Below are positions 27,342-40,993 of a DNA stretch of 64,000 nucleotides, in pieces; the first letter of the stretch is position 1; the number at the start of each line of letters is the position of its first letter. The DNA comes from Balanoglossus misakiensis. Its lineage: Eukaryota > Animalia > Hemichordata. The DNA lies in the NCBI GenBank assembly GCA_040954595.2, contig CM082595.2, forward strand, positions 1,552,635-1,616,634, written 5' to 3'. The notes beneath the pieces are model-generated. The model was not told the origin of the DNA, did not search any database, and saw only the letters and a program-made list of their open reading frames with translations. The position numbers and the translations under genes are program-made.

Positions 27342-30300
27342 ATGGATGAAACCCAGCAGTTTGAACTTGAAGAGAAACCGTACTCATTCGACAACGAAGC
27401 CTACAATACCTTCGAGCCTGGTCATTACAAAGAAGAAGAAAAGAAGGTTGGTGCTTCTTTGCAAATGAAGTCTCAAACAGCGATGCTACTTGTTGCCTTG
27501 CTCTATAGTCATGATAATACCCACTGTGTTATCATTGATGAATGCGTTACTCACAGGAGACAGCGGGCATCGCAAATGGATATTTGGTTCACGAGTCAAA
27601 TTGTAATTGTTTTGAAATTTAGACACTTCTATAATCATGGAAAGCACATGCATTTCTAATGTGATCATCGCTATTTAATAACCTCATGGTCATTAAGTTA
27701 TCACGAAGACACAGCACGTATACTGTCATGTCGAACAAATTTATTCATGTGCACTGTTATCTTAGTGTTCGATTATGTGGAATCCTAATATATTTTTAAA
27801 GTTTAAATTCACGTATTATCTCACGGTCTAAACTGAGTCTTTATCAAAATGGGCATGTGGCCTTTGTAGGCGTACTGTGGGTGTGTCGGAGGCACATTTC
27901 AGATGAGCGAGTAGAATTCTCATCGCAGGTATGCCATCCACATTCATTATAGGGCACTACTTTAAAGACCTCATTCCTCATCCGTGCAATTGGTGTTGGT
28001 TGGGCGTGTGAGTCTGTGTGTCGTAGGCGTGTGGGGTCAAGGTTCACAGACACTTGATAACCAGTGTGATGAATGGTGATAATGACGACAGATCAGGTCT
28101 TGTCCTGACAAAACACGCATACCAAAGTTGAGCAGGTTGAATAAAAAACCAATAAACCAACCTGCTGCTGAATAAATAGAGAGATGATACAGTCAATAGG
28201 TCATATACTAGTAAACGTACAGGCGCTGTTTTCTTCCCAAGGTCTACATGTAAACGAGTAAAGCGACGCCATACCTATTAACTCAGCTGTCAAATACTCT
28301 TACGATGTAAATTATTCGTTCTCCTCACACAAAAATCATCGTCGTCGTCGTCGTCATCATCATCATCAAACGTAAAACATGTACACTTGTTTACTTGAAA
28401 TTGAAAATGTATTATTATTGGTGCTATTCAGAATTTTTTGTTTCATCAACAGACAAAACTCACAGGATGGGTGATATACCTCACGGCAGTTATAACATGC
28501 ACTGGATCAATACAGTTTGGATGGAATACAGGGGTCATGACAGCGCCCTCCAACGTAAGAACATATATTATTGCCTTATAAAAGTCCATTACTATTAGGC
28601 TCCCTAAGTTTAGGTTCGAAAGTACGAAGGCTCCCTAAGTTTAGGTTCGAAAGCACGAAAGCTGCCCAGTCGCTGAATGCATAATCATGGTGAGTTATGT
28701 TCAAATAGAATATTATGTCCGTTTATCTATCAGTACATACAAGACTTTTACAACGCAACTTATGGTCGCTATGGCGAACTGTCAGAAGACGCCATGATGT
28801 GGATGTGGGCTTGGACGATCTCACTTTACGCCGTAGGTGGCGCTTTGGGTGCTCTAGCGTCACCACCGTTTGCTGACATACTCGGCAGGTGAGTGATCGA
28901 TCCCTCACCTCAACTACTTTTTTGCAGTACGCATTAAATTAACAATAGTGGCACACTAGTTGGACTGTAAAAGTCTGTGGGCGTCAACATTGGACAATTG
29001 TTGCCCGTACTGTGGTCGGGGTGTTGGAAATTGCAATCAACGATACCACACAATCATGTAAGAAAATAAGAACACAGAATCATAGTTCTACTGTCTGTGA
29101 CAGAATTAAAGGTTGGCAAGTTAGACCATGGCTAATTAATTAAATACCTTGCATTCCACAGGAAAGGAGGGCTACTCCTTATGAACGTCTTTTCCATCTG
29201 TGCAGCCTTGATGTTTGGGTCGTCAGTTTTGGCACAGAACTTTGAGCTGATCTTCATGGGCAGGATTGTCATCGGTTTCTATGTCGGTAAGTTTCGGACT
29301 AGTTCGGGGAAGGGAGGGGGTCAGACAGACGGATATCAACATGTCACATACACATGCACACTGAGACAGACAGGCAGGCAGGTAGACGGACAGACAGACA
29401 GACAGACAGACAAGCAGACGGACAGGAAGGCTGGCAGACATTTTTACAATGATTCTTTTATTGCAGGCTGTGTCGTATGTATTATACCACTGTATCTGGC
29501 TGAAGTGTCTCCAGTTCATCTCAGAGGAGCTGTGGGCGTCAACCATCAACTTCTGATTACATTTGGTATTTTGCTAGCCGAGGTAATCGCTTTTAGCACC
29601 ACTAGAACTTTGAAAACAACCGTTCCAAAATGATTCAATGTGATGCTAAATAAATTCCATGGATGGCGAATAATAATTATTGTAATAGGATTATTCAGAA
29701 AAGTTTCAGGGTTTGTCCATACTCGGGTTCCGTACTGGAGGTGTATTGATCTGCATTTCGACTTTATCTATTTCTATGTTAACTTAGATCCTGGGTATTT
29801 ACGTATTGAATTCTGAAGATAACTGGCACATTCTTCTGTCCATCACGGGTTGGTTGTCCATTCTGCAGTTGATATTTCTGCCTGTGTGTCCGGAAAGTCC
29901 AAGATGGCTGCTCATTATCGAAAAGGACACAGATGCCGCTGTCAAGGGTATGGAAACTAGACTTTGTATTAGGCAAACATGAACATGAATGAGAGGTAGA
30001 AATGACCTTCATTCAACTTGAGTTGATCTGTCTGCAGTATATTTGATAAATAAGCAAGATAAATATTACTTTCTGTTGCAGCCACTCAGAAGTATACAGG
30101 TGAAGAAGATGTCACTCGCTACATGCAAGAAATGTACCATGAATATCTTGAAGAAACCAGGGAAGAACGTGTTGGAGTATTAGGCTTGTTCACCAATAAG
30201 CACTACAGGGCCCCTCTCATCATTAGCATATTTACACATATGTTCCAACAGTTTTCCGGAATTAATGCGGTAAGATGAAAGGAAACGAGGGAGCGAGTTT

Positions 30301-32411
30301 TATGACCAGAATTGTGCCAGTCAACATAGCAATAGCATCGTTATTGTGACAGGCAAATTTAAACCCAATTTTCGATATCATCAATGTTGACTCTATGAAA
30401 CCATTTTGAGGCCTGGTAGCCTCGTTTTGGGTCTTGTAACCGACTGTACGTATACATGTACATGTACTTGTAGGTCCGCCATTTTGTTATTGAACGTCTA
30501 TGTAGGTACATGTATATACTTTTGCGAATGGATGATACTCCTTGACTGTTAAAATTTCATCTTTTCTCAGATCTTCTTCTATGCCACGGAGATCTATTAC
30601 ATGATATTCCCTGGCAACGATGAGGCTGTCGCTGGGGCAACCGTACTCACAGGAACCATCAACTTCCTTGCAACGATAATAGCGGTAAGAACACAATGAA
30701 GTAATCACACCTTTGCCTAATGATATCCAAAATTGAGGTTCGTTTATAGCACGACGACAGGATGGACAATAGAACCAGCAAAAGTCATGTCAATGTTGTA
30801 AAAAATTGTCACTGAGGTTACAATTAGACTGAAAGATTCGGTCGTGTGCGGGCGCTCCGGCACATGACCTATGACCCTTGGTGAGCATTGCCGGAACGCC
30901 CGCCCACGACTGAATTTTTCAGTCTAGGGTTGCAATATGAGTTGTGATTTGTTTCGTCTGTAGGTGTTTATCGTCGAGCGAGTTGGAAGACGCCCTCTCC
31001 TGTTGTATCCCTACGCCGGAATGGTGTTTTTCACCTTTATGGTCACGTTGTCCTTGAATTTTGCTGTGAGTAGTCTCTTTAAACATTGACGCAATAAACA
31101 GATGCATTACATTGATATTTAACAAGTTAAACCTAAAACAAGATAGAAATCTGCGGTGGAGAATTTGTACTACGCCGAATTTGAATATAATGGCCGGTTT
31201 TCAATACTTACAAAACACGTTGACGCCAATAAACATAAACCTGTTCGCAAAAAAAATTGACTAGTAACAACAGGTATACACAAACATCTTCAATTTTATC
31301 TATCGACTAATTTCCCCCCAACAGAATCCAAATGTGTCAGATGCCTGGGACTGGGTGGCACTGTGCAGTGTCTATGGTTACATTATCTGTTTTGCTGTTG
31401 GTCCTGGTAAGATGAGCTACTGCTTTCAACAGAAATTAAGAAAACAAATTATGGGAGGCACAATTTTGAATGTTAACATGCGAAGGGTCAACCGTGTATA
31501 AGGGGAGAACCATTTGATGTCGGGGGGGGGGGGGAGGGGGTGGAGGGTTTGGGTATGTCAGAGCAAGTTTATTGTTCAGCCATTGTTACAGCATTTTTAT
31601 CTATTGCTGGGCCTACTTGTTCTCTCAAGGCATTGCACAAGATTTATTGACCTCTGCACCATCTGTCAACAATTCATTTTCTCATTTCAAACTCACCACT
31701 GTGTTGATCCGTGTTATACCATCACTCTCCATTAACAAATCCTAATCCACCATTTCACAATTTCTACAGGACCCATACCATTCGTGTTAGTTGCCGAATT
31801 GTGGTCGCAAGGCCCTCGGCCAGCAGCTATGAGTGTCTCCCTTCAAGTTAATTGGTGGTCCAATTTCCTTGTGAATTTTTTCTTTCCTGTCTTCCAGGTA
31901 AGAAATTTGCATACATTTCCGAAAAAAAATGTGAGAAAAGCTTTATCCAATGATGTAAGGTAACACAGTGTTACCGGGCTTGATTTTCGATAGAGTCGTT
32001 CTGATTGTTCTCCCATAGTCAAACTATATCATGGAGAGAGTGCTGACTCGGCAGTTTCAAAGAATTGAAAGATGTGAATCCGGCCCTGGGGCGTGTTAAT
32101 TCTACCTTAAGGTATACTTACGATGCAAACTGTTGCCCACATTCAGGGGTTCAAATACAAAATAATACGGAGTTGAAATAAAATCATTCTAAAATTCAAA
32201 TGCAATCGTTTCTTCACAGGCCGCCATGCAAGCTTACGTGTTTGCAATTTTTATGGTGTTTCTCATGATAGCTGTCGTGTTTACATACTTCTGGGTGCCG
32301 GAAACTAAAAACAAGACGTTTGCTGAAATTGTGGCCGAGTTCAGAAAGGAAGAAGAAGAAGAGAATGCGTACATAGCACAAGGGGAAGAAAATTTTACTG
32401 CCAGTGACTAG
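27342..32411 (+). CDS. SLC2A: SLC2A/GLUT facilitated sugar transporter, paralog B; exons 27342-27446, 28453-28554, 28734-28888, 29162-29286, 29467-29582, 29788-29947, 30082-30269, 30571-30684, 30964-31065, 31325-31406, 31770-31897, 32220-32411
   Basis: Motifs [46 protein letters not shown] and [12 protein letters not shown]. Same 12-exon structure as paralog A. Confidence 0.93.
28597..28658. repeat. 31-bp tandem duplication (2 copies) in intron 2 of paralog B
   Basis: aggctccctaagtttaggttcgaaag(t/c)acga occurs twice in tandem. Confidence 0.85.
29364..29438. repeat. Short (GACA)/(GGCA) microsatellite in intron 4 of paralog B
   Basis: Visible gacagacaggcaggcagg...gacagacagacagac. Same motif family as the large satellite, on the opposite strand. 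Confidence 0.85.
30825..30926. repeat. Imperfect inverted repeat (~38-bp arms), MITE-like hairpin in intron 8 of paralog B
   Basis: tagactgaaagattcggtcgtgtgcgggcgctccggca pairs with tgccggaacgcccgcccacgactgaatttttcagtcta with 4 differences. Confidence 0.75.
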
Positions 32412-32665
32412 TATCTATGCCATGATGATCAATGCATAAGATTCCCCATATTAAAGGTACACAGTCACTTACGTAAATTTTATCACAGTCAACATTATGC
32501 AAAGTGGAAATCTAGCCCATCACGGATGTTTAGAAGGTGGCCATAGAGTCATAGGAAGACTAGGCATATGAAAATAAAAGGTGATTGTAATTCTTTTAAC
32601 GATTATTACAGTAAAAAACGGGAGATGAATTCAGTGTTATATGTGTTGAGAAGTTCAACTACTTA

Positions 32666-32810
32666 GAGAATAATGAACGCCCCAAAGACCCATAATGGTC
32701 GAAAGCACACATTGTGCGTCATAATATACGAGGCGAAGCCGAGTATATTATGGAGCTAGCACAATGTGTGCTTGAGTCCATTATGGGTCTTTGGGGCGTT
32801 CATTATTCTC
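32666..32810. mobile_element. ~145-bp palindromic element centred on GGCGAAGCC; probable non-autonomous DNA element
   Basis: gagaataatgaacgccccaaagacccataatgg...ccattatgggtctttggggcgttcattattctc form perfect outer arms, with inner arms aagcacacattgtgc/gcacaatgtgtgctt and a central GCGAAGC loop. Transposon origin is inferred. Confidence 0.65.
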
Positions 32811-35052
32811 ATTATTTTATAGTTTTGTCAATGCAAGTGAATTTGCAGACTTCAAAAAGTACAGGTGCGAACAATTCAGACTCGGACACGGAGATCGAGA
32901 ACAGAGCAATGGCGTACGCGTAAACAAAAGGTCACCTGATCGCGGTGTGTCAGTGTACTGTACATTTCTAGTATCATATTCAAACATCAGGAAATAAATA
33001 ATGAAGGTTTATTTACGCATGTGAAAATTCATTTAAGGGTTCTGCTGAAATATATCTGAAAAAGTTTCGATTTTTGTGTCATCTTTGGGAGGACTCGGGG
33101 AATATTTGAATTCGTTTACGTTCTCAGGAAAGTTCACGTATACGGGCGCTCGGAAGGTTGCAATACATAAACAAACTCGCCCTCGATCGATCCCTCCGTA
33201 CCGCGTAGACAACATGACAGTGACACTTGCGGCATATTTTTTTTACGTATAGCTTCGTTGACATGACTGCTTGGTACATGGTACACTGTATGTATGGTGA
33301 ACGAATGTCAAATCCAGCATCATCGAGAGGTTTGCTTTACGTGCGTGAGCGAGCCATGTTGACTGCGCGTGATTCAAGAGCAGACGACATGTACATACTG
33401 CAGCCGTAGGAAGAAAAAATAAACAAAACGCCAGTCGAGGACAGATTTGGAAATTAATAAATATCGCCGTATTTATTCTGTGTACGTTTGCATTTCTTTT
33501 TTTAGCCCTTAAAATGTTCGCACTGTTTGAAATCCTCCGCTATTCAGTCGGAAATTGTACACGTCCACTGGTTCTTGGGCGCGTCGCGCGTCCATCGAAT
33601 AACACGATACATTATCAGTAATAATGTATAGCTATGACGTCACAAAATTCACTGGTATTGATAAAGCTATAATATAATAGTATATAATCTGTGTATTACA
33701 TTGACTTTGTTATTAATTAGGCAAGACAAGCACGTCATATACATGAAAGTATATACATTTTTGTTCATTTTGATGTTCAGATCTTGTTTGGATATATCAT
33801 TTTGGATAACGGCTATTTTCTGTGGCGGTATAGTAGACACATTCAACTTCACTTAGTTTCTTATACTATTGCATAGGTTCTGTTACTTGTGACTTTAAAA
33901 TGTGAATCGTCTGGTTTAACTAAATCCTGACATATGTTATATGTTAATATCAAAATATGTAACCTACTAATAATCTTTTAAAATTAAATATGCGTTTATA
34001 TTGAATGTTTATTACTGTTGTCTTGTTTTTTCTTCTGATTTTCCACGAAAAAAGCCAATGTTTCAATCCCACACTTAATATGCAAATATCACATCTGTAC
34101 CAGACTTGCTCCGAAAGCTAAGAATAGAAAAATTTACATAAGAATTGTTGGCCTGCCCTGCGTGTTTTGGGGGTATCGTCAGTACACGTGGCATTTGGTG
34201 AGGATGGTTGTCTGTTCAGTGTTGTATCCAGTATTTTCGGAAAGAAATCCAAACAATATTCGACTGTTTTCAGCGGTAAGTTTATTATTTGGATATGTTA
34301 TATGACCTCATGCTTTCTGATGTTTATGGCAGAATACAAATATTTCGAGTCTATTTTCACTGAATGCAGCTAGCAAGTGTTTGAGAAAATTGTTTCAAAT
34401 ACACAAACCTATTCGGTCAAATTTCAATGGAAATGCAGGATTTGTATCTGATGAATAGTTGTTTTTTTTCTCAATCATTACTCCTCTTAGTGAAAACACA
34501 CCTCCACAAGCAGCTTCCACTTCAGCGGAAGTTCCGGATTTCAACGGAACAACTTCACAATGCACTACTTGAACAATCCGTCGCCAGGCATACAATTGGT
34601 ACTTCAAACAACCGACCGCGTGTCACACAATCGCTGGAGTGGCCGAGAAGAAACCTTGAGACAGATCTTTTAGAGAAGATGGTAAGAAAACTTTCAAGAG
34701 AATGATTTCTCTCAAGAAAATGAACCCCGTTGTATTTTTAATTCTATAAAGAATATCCATTGGTCTAAATATGGCAAACTTAGATATGTTTAAATATCTC
34801 TCACTCCGAACGCCATAGTTTTACTATGGTGAACATTTCTGAACAGCTCTGCCAAAAGGCAAGCACGGTGACAAAGGTGTTTTTTATATCATTTAATACT
34901 ACTCTTCTTTTGTCACCTTTACAAATATCAAGAAAATGACAAAATTGTTACGCCATTTTCTCGAAAATTCTACATGTAAGGCTTTGGACGGTGGTGACCA
35001 TGCATTGCATCTGGGTAATCGTCTACCATAACTTGGATTTAACACCCCCCCC

Positions 35053-35120
35053 CCTCTCTCTCTCTCTCTCTCCCTCTCTCTCTCCCCACTCTCTCTCTCT
35101 CTCTCTCTCCCCCACTCTCT
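35053..35120. repeat. (CT)n microsatellite
   Basis: Directly visible. Confidence 0.9.
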
Positions 35121-35711
35121 CATGGGTTCATTTATCCATTTGTTTTATAACATTTCCTCATCGACAATTAGCACTTACACAGGAATTAACGTTTTCTTTG
35201 CCTTCATTTGAATCCACCTTTGTTCAACATCCTCCTTCTCCGGAACAATTCTACCCCTGGCAGTTAACGCCATTCACGACTCCAGTCTCCACATTTCCTC
35301 TGACAACACGCTCCATCCTGGGAGAGGATGACACCCTAATTAGACGCCACAAGTGGATCACGAGACAAACTTCCTCTAGAAGACAAGTGGTCACGAGAAA
35401 TCAAATCTGTAAAATATACAGTAACTAGCTAATGCAGAGACCATGTTGAAGATTAAAGGGCCACTATCTGTAACTTTAGGCTAGTTTTTCAGTATTTTTG
35501 TTTTGTGTATCAAACACATTTTCTTGTTTCCCGCCCTACAGTAACCCATCACGCCTTGTATTTATTTCGATTGATCTCTAGGTTTAGATTTCGGCTGAAG
35601 ATATTCCCTAATGCCAGTTGGTGTTGGGCTAAGCGAAGACACGTGATTCATTTGAATAGTTTGTATCGCCCACGTCGTTGTGACGCAATGTCACGTGAGA
35701 GGACCACATGC

Positions 35712-35784
35712 TATATAAGCGCCATCATCTGGCAATAAAGTGACATTTTCAGCTGTACTGCCCAAGCCATGTTAAAGCCCTGAG
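35712..35784 (+). promoter_or_regulatory. Candidate TATA box and short non-coding first exon upstream of the 7TM receptor
   Basis: TATATAA at 35712 followed by a consensus donor gag|gtgagt at 35784/35785. Confidence 0.35.
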
Positions 35785-36422
35785 GTGAGTTTCTTTATCC
35801 ATTTACGTACTCAACCAATTGTGTTTGTTGCGTAGAAATTTAAAGATTGTGGGCCTAATCAAGTTGATTGTTGCATCCTTGTCTGGTTGCGTTTCCTTGT
35901 TATGTTTCAAGATGCAATTCAAACTCTGGACTCGCATCTCTTCCATTGAAAACAGCTATAACTTGAAGAAAGGAAAAGAGTGAATGAAACCAGACATTGT
36001 CAAATACAGCTATTCAGTTTCTGTACACTTTATCATACTCCACAAAGTACAAAACAATCATTATTTTTATGAGCGATTTTAAATATTGAACATTTGCAAT
36101 GTGTAATGAGACATCCAAAACAACACGCGCGCGACTGTTATTGTGTTTATAATCAAACTACTTCTTCCTTGAGCTCGTATGCACGAAAATTTGGAAGTGT
36201 GCTTTCAGTTGGACAGTGACAGTATGATGATGAGATCAAAGTGGACTTTTGTCAAAGATGTATTTCTCACAAAGGACAGTTAGATGTCCTCACAAACTAA
36301 AACTTCTCGATTGACTGTCAATGTTTGACTATCAGTCAACCATACGACAGCTCTAACGATATCCAACACTTTACTGTACAGATAAAACAGGTTAATCGGC
36401 AAATCATTGGTCCCCGAACACG

Positions 36423-39400
36423 ATGAAGATGTTGCCCCAGCTTCTTTTCGTTTTGGCAAGCATATTTGTTTCAATCGGAGACGAAGTTTGGGCCGATGTA
36501 GATATTACCCCGGCTGATTTACTGCTAGATTATTTTGACCTCTGCAAAGATTTCAGTACAGCTAGACATTCATGCTTCGGTGAAGATGGGCCGATTTGCA
36601 ATGCGTCTGCTGATTTAAGAGACTCCATAGGCACACGATGGATGTGTAACTGTGATAAAGAATGTCTCCTCTACAATGACTGTTGCTCAGACTACATCTC
36701 GGCTTGTCATATAAGCGAAACTGAGCAAGCAGAACTGCAGCGACAATCGGAAGACATACTGAATACAGCAAGGTGTTCAAATGTTGGTCACCGTGAACTA
36801 CCTGTTTGGATGGTGACACGTTGTCCAGACGATTGGCCAGACGATAGTATAAGACAGAAATGTGAGGAAGAACCCGCTGATGACCATACAGGTAGGTCAG
36901 TCTCTACTCTCATGAATCGTATGTTCATTATTTCCCACATTGATGAAATTGTTTCTTTCAATGTTGCCAACATATTCACGGCGCTGGAACGTTTATCGTG
37001 TTTTCCACGCGGTCGCCAACATAAAACATGAAATATAAGTCGCTTATTTGCTGCTTACTCGTTATTTTGACTAAATCCGTTTTTTTTTTCCATTTTAGAT
37101 AATTTTAGAAAACCCGATCCCGCTGAATGTTTTGTGAACCTGGACGCGTCAGATTATCGCGGCTTTGTGTCTACGACTGTGTCCGGAGTTCCTTGCCAGA
37201 AATGGACTGACCAGTGGCCTCATGAGCACCGGATGTACAATTATTTCAGTTTAGATTCGGGCATAGGTGACCACAACTATTGCAGAAATGCCGATAACAG
37301 TGCGTATGCTTGGTGTTACACTGTAAATCCGTATAGGCGATGGGACTATTGCGAGGTTGGAACTGCATCTGATGTTTGTGGTAGGTACATGACAGCATAA
37401 TAAAGTTGTTTACAGAAAATCACGAGAAAGTAGCCTGCGTAACAGTTTCCTCTGGCATTCTCTTAATTTTATTTTTCTGTGCAAGAATAAATATTTTCGC
37501 AAATCATCTGACTGACAATGCGTCGTCTTTCTTATTAGGTACACCAGAAATGTCCAGTTCATCAGATGAATATCAAGGTAAGCAAGAAATAAGTGAAAAG
37601 CAAAATTAGGTATTTTTTTAACCATCCAAACATTAACTTGTAGTTTTTGTAAGTGTTTTTGTATTTGTTTAAATTTCATATTTATTTGCATTTCTTTAAT
37701 ATAAGTATTCATTTACAATGCGGTTATGAAACTAAGGCAATTGTATTTTGTCATGAATGTGAATGTTTATATAATGAATATACAAACTGATGAAAATATA
37801 CTTTCTTTTGCAATTGTTTATTAGGAGACTCGAGCTCAGAATCGGAAAATCCAGGTAAATAATAATTATTTGATAATACTTTATACCATTGGTACTGTGT
37901 TTATACTGATGGCAACGTCAAGGCGATTTCTACTAATAGGTTTTTGTCAATTATGGACTAAATCAATGCCTTGTATTTCAAAAACCGCGACGGTGACCCC
38001 CTATATTTTATTACGGATTTTATTATACTTATAACGGAAAATCTACAATTAAAAAGGGACAATACTTTCATTTTTACTGATCGTACATCCTTAAGCAACA
38101 ATTAAGGAGTTCATTCTGGAAATAAACGCAAAAATTATTCTTCGCGACCAATTATCAGCCTACCTCTAAATTATTATTCCGTTTATGATAATGATATAAT
38201 TATTTATTTAATAATTACTATTCGGTTACAGAAAAATATACAATGCCAGATGTTCCAGTGACAGGATCCGATGGAAAGGTGTATTCCAACATTTACTGTG
38301 CGATTTGTAATGGTCAAGCCGAATCAACGTTGGAGTACTGGAATATCGAATGGCGGTGTAGTTATGAAGGTATGGATTCCCGACCTGATACAGTAACTGG
38401 CTATATCCAGTTCTTATCCTCGCTAGCTTGTTCAGTGATCTACAAAATGAAACCCGATTCAGTGCGCAAGGTCAGACATTGTATTCCGAATATTGGTGTC
38501 TGTTCAATTGCTAGTAACAGCCCGCCCTTGTCCTCGTTGGAATATGGCGATTATACTTCTGTCAATAGATGGAGTGGGGTGGACAATAACATAGTGGTGA
38601 CTGATTGGAACACGATACGATTAATGGATGTCTCGGTTATTCGCGGAGAACCTATAGGTAGTCTGTGTGAAGATGGCGATTTTCAGCTGACTGCTGTAAT
38701 TTCGTTCAATATTAAATACTACAGAAACATTTTTTGCGCCGTTTGCAATATGGACCAATTAGACCTTCGTGACGTCCAATGCAGCTACGACAGAAACAAC
38801 ACTTCCGGCGAGCAACCTGAGTGGACTCTCCCTTTGACTGTTCTATTTGATCTCAATTTGGCTGGAGACCAGAAAATGACGATTCAATACGATGGAAATG
38901 ATCTTCAATATCTTGTCATTGTCGAACATGCTCAATGTCAAAAGAATGAGATCTTCGACGCGAAAGAGAGACTATGTAGACGTCCGTGTGGCATTGGCAA
39001 CACCAGCCAATGTCATGTTCCGAGGGAACTGTCTTTCGACGAACAGACACCACGGGGCAATGCAACCGATCTTCAATCAACTGTTTATATCAATATGTAT
39101 CTTCAGTATCGAATTCATGACAATTTCTCCGTTGTTTACATAACAGAAAACGAGACCGATCGCCTTCAACAGTATCTGCATGACATCATATCCCCATTTC
39201 CAGTATTGTTAAACGCCCATTTATCTCACAAAAATGGTAATACATATTTTGAATGGTCATTTCAAGCCAGTGGCTCTGTACAAGAGATGAGAGACTTCGC
39301 TTCTTTTGCAGTGAACTCATTTCTGGAAGTTGATCTCAGTTTTGTTTTTCGGCCATCGGTCGAAAATCTTCTGGTACTGCGGTCTATCAGTATGCAAAGG

Positions 39401-40993
39401 GTACCTTCTGCAGGCCAAGCAGATTTCTGCGAAGCTACTCCAGTTGTCGACATAGTCGACACTTGTCATGTATCACTGATGTCGACTATCGATCAGCTTG
39501 ATTTGATCACCAATGGCGACTGTGACGTCATTGGGGGCAATAGCACGCAACTGGACTTTCTTGAAGATTGGAGTTCGAAGCTTACATTACGTTTTTCCGC
39601 CGATTTGAGTCACTACAATATGAGCGTCGCGCAAGAACACTGCGCGTCTTTTGAATACATCCAACTTAATTGCTCAGATGACTTAATAGTTTCATTTAAT
39701 GAAAGTGAATTTGAAATTGTCAACGAAAGCCTGGTTATTGAGAAAACAATAATCGTACATAAAGGTTACTTTGTTCTCTGGGAAAGATCGGCCTTCATAT
39801 GTAGCAAGCTTTTGGAACAATTCCAAGGCACGCAAATTTCCAGTTTGGTAAAAACTGTAGTTTCGACTGTTTGTTTGTTGTTGTCTGTATTCTGTCTGGC
39901 ACTGTCATTACTGATATTTGTTTCGGTAAAGTCAACCAGAACTCTGCCAGGTAAAATAATTGCTCATCTTGCGAGCTCGCTCCTCATTGCGCAACTCTTG
40001 TTCGCAACACTTATGGGTAAGACAAGCAATGGCACTTTGTGCAAAGCTGTAGCCATAGTATCCCATTACTTTTGGCTACAGAGCTTCACTTGGATGAGCG
40101 TAATTGCATTTGATTTGATTCACACCTTCAATGGGAAAGTAGTGATCAAAACTAAAGACCAGCAACAAAAAATGTATGTTATTTATGTGATCATAGGGTA
40201 CCTATTCCCCGCAGTTTTTGTCGTGGTCTCAGTGGCCATCGATTTTTGCGACTGTTTGGGCGACTTCTCGGTCGATTATGGTGAGGGCGCTGTTTGTTGG
40301 ATCAGCAACCCTCTCGGTTTAATTGCGATGTTTTTCATACCTGTTGGCTTGTTGTTGTTGCTTAACCTTATTTGTTACACATACACCGTTTGTTTTATCT
40401 GCCTACAAACAAGCAGTGCACAAGCCATCAGCAAGCAACGCATCCAAATACGTAACGAGAGAATACGGTTTGGAATTCGTATGTTTACAGTAATGGGCCT
40501 TACATGGATATTGGGCTTCGTCAATATCGGGATCACCAGCGACATTTTGGATTATTTCTTCATTATCCTTAATGCTCTGCAAGGTGTGTTCATTTTTGCT
40601 GCTTTTATGGTCAATGCTAACCTGGCCGCAGCTTTTTGTAGAAAATGCGGAGAGATTCGTCGCCGCAGAAATAGAAATAAATTCAAAGCAGAAATGGTGA
40701 AAACTACCAATTTACTTGCAGCCACGGTGACTGGTAAGGTCGAAATCGAGGCTGGCCACACCCCTGATGATCAGAATCTCGTTGAACAAGTGATCACGTC
40801 AGTATCCCACCATTCTCAGCAAAAAAATCCCGAAAATTCTAGTGACAATCTGGCCGAGTATTCAGGGTCTATTAGTGAGACAAATGGGGCTCACATTCTT
40901 GTTGTATCCGCTGATATTCACACAGTTGGTATGCAACATGACGGACACGAAGACAACGATGGGGGCGCTAGTGACGTCACTAGTCAGCATTGA
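36423..40993 (+). CDS. Secretin/adhesion-class (7tm_2-like) GPCR with signal peptide, somatomedin-B-like domain and kringle domain; exons 36423-36891, 37099-37380, 37539-37577, 37825-37854, 38232-40993
   Basis: Signal peptide MKMLPQLLFVLASIFVSIG; SMB-like CNCDKECLLYNDCCSDY; kringle YRGFVSTTVSGVPCQKW...HNYCRNAD...AWCYT...WDYC; repeated YxNIxCAxCN motif; class B 7TM motifs TLPGK, CKAVAIVSHYFWL, CWIS, MGLTWILGF and NALQGVFIF. All four introns are phase 1. Confidence 0.88.
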
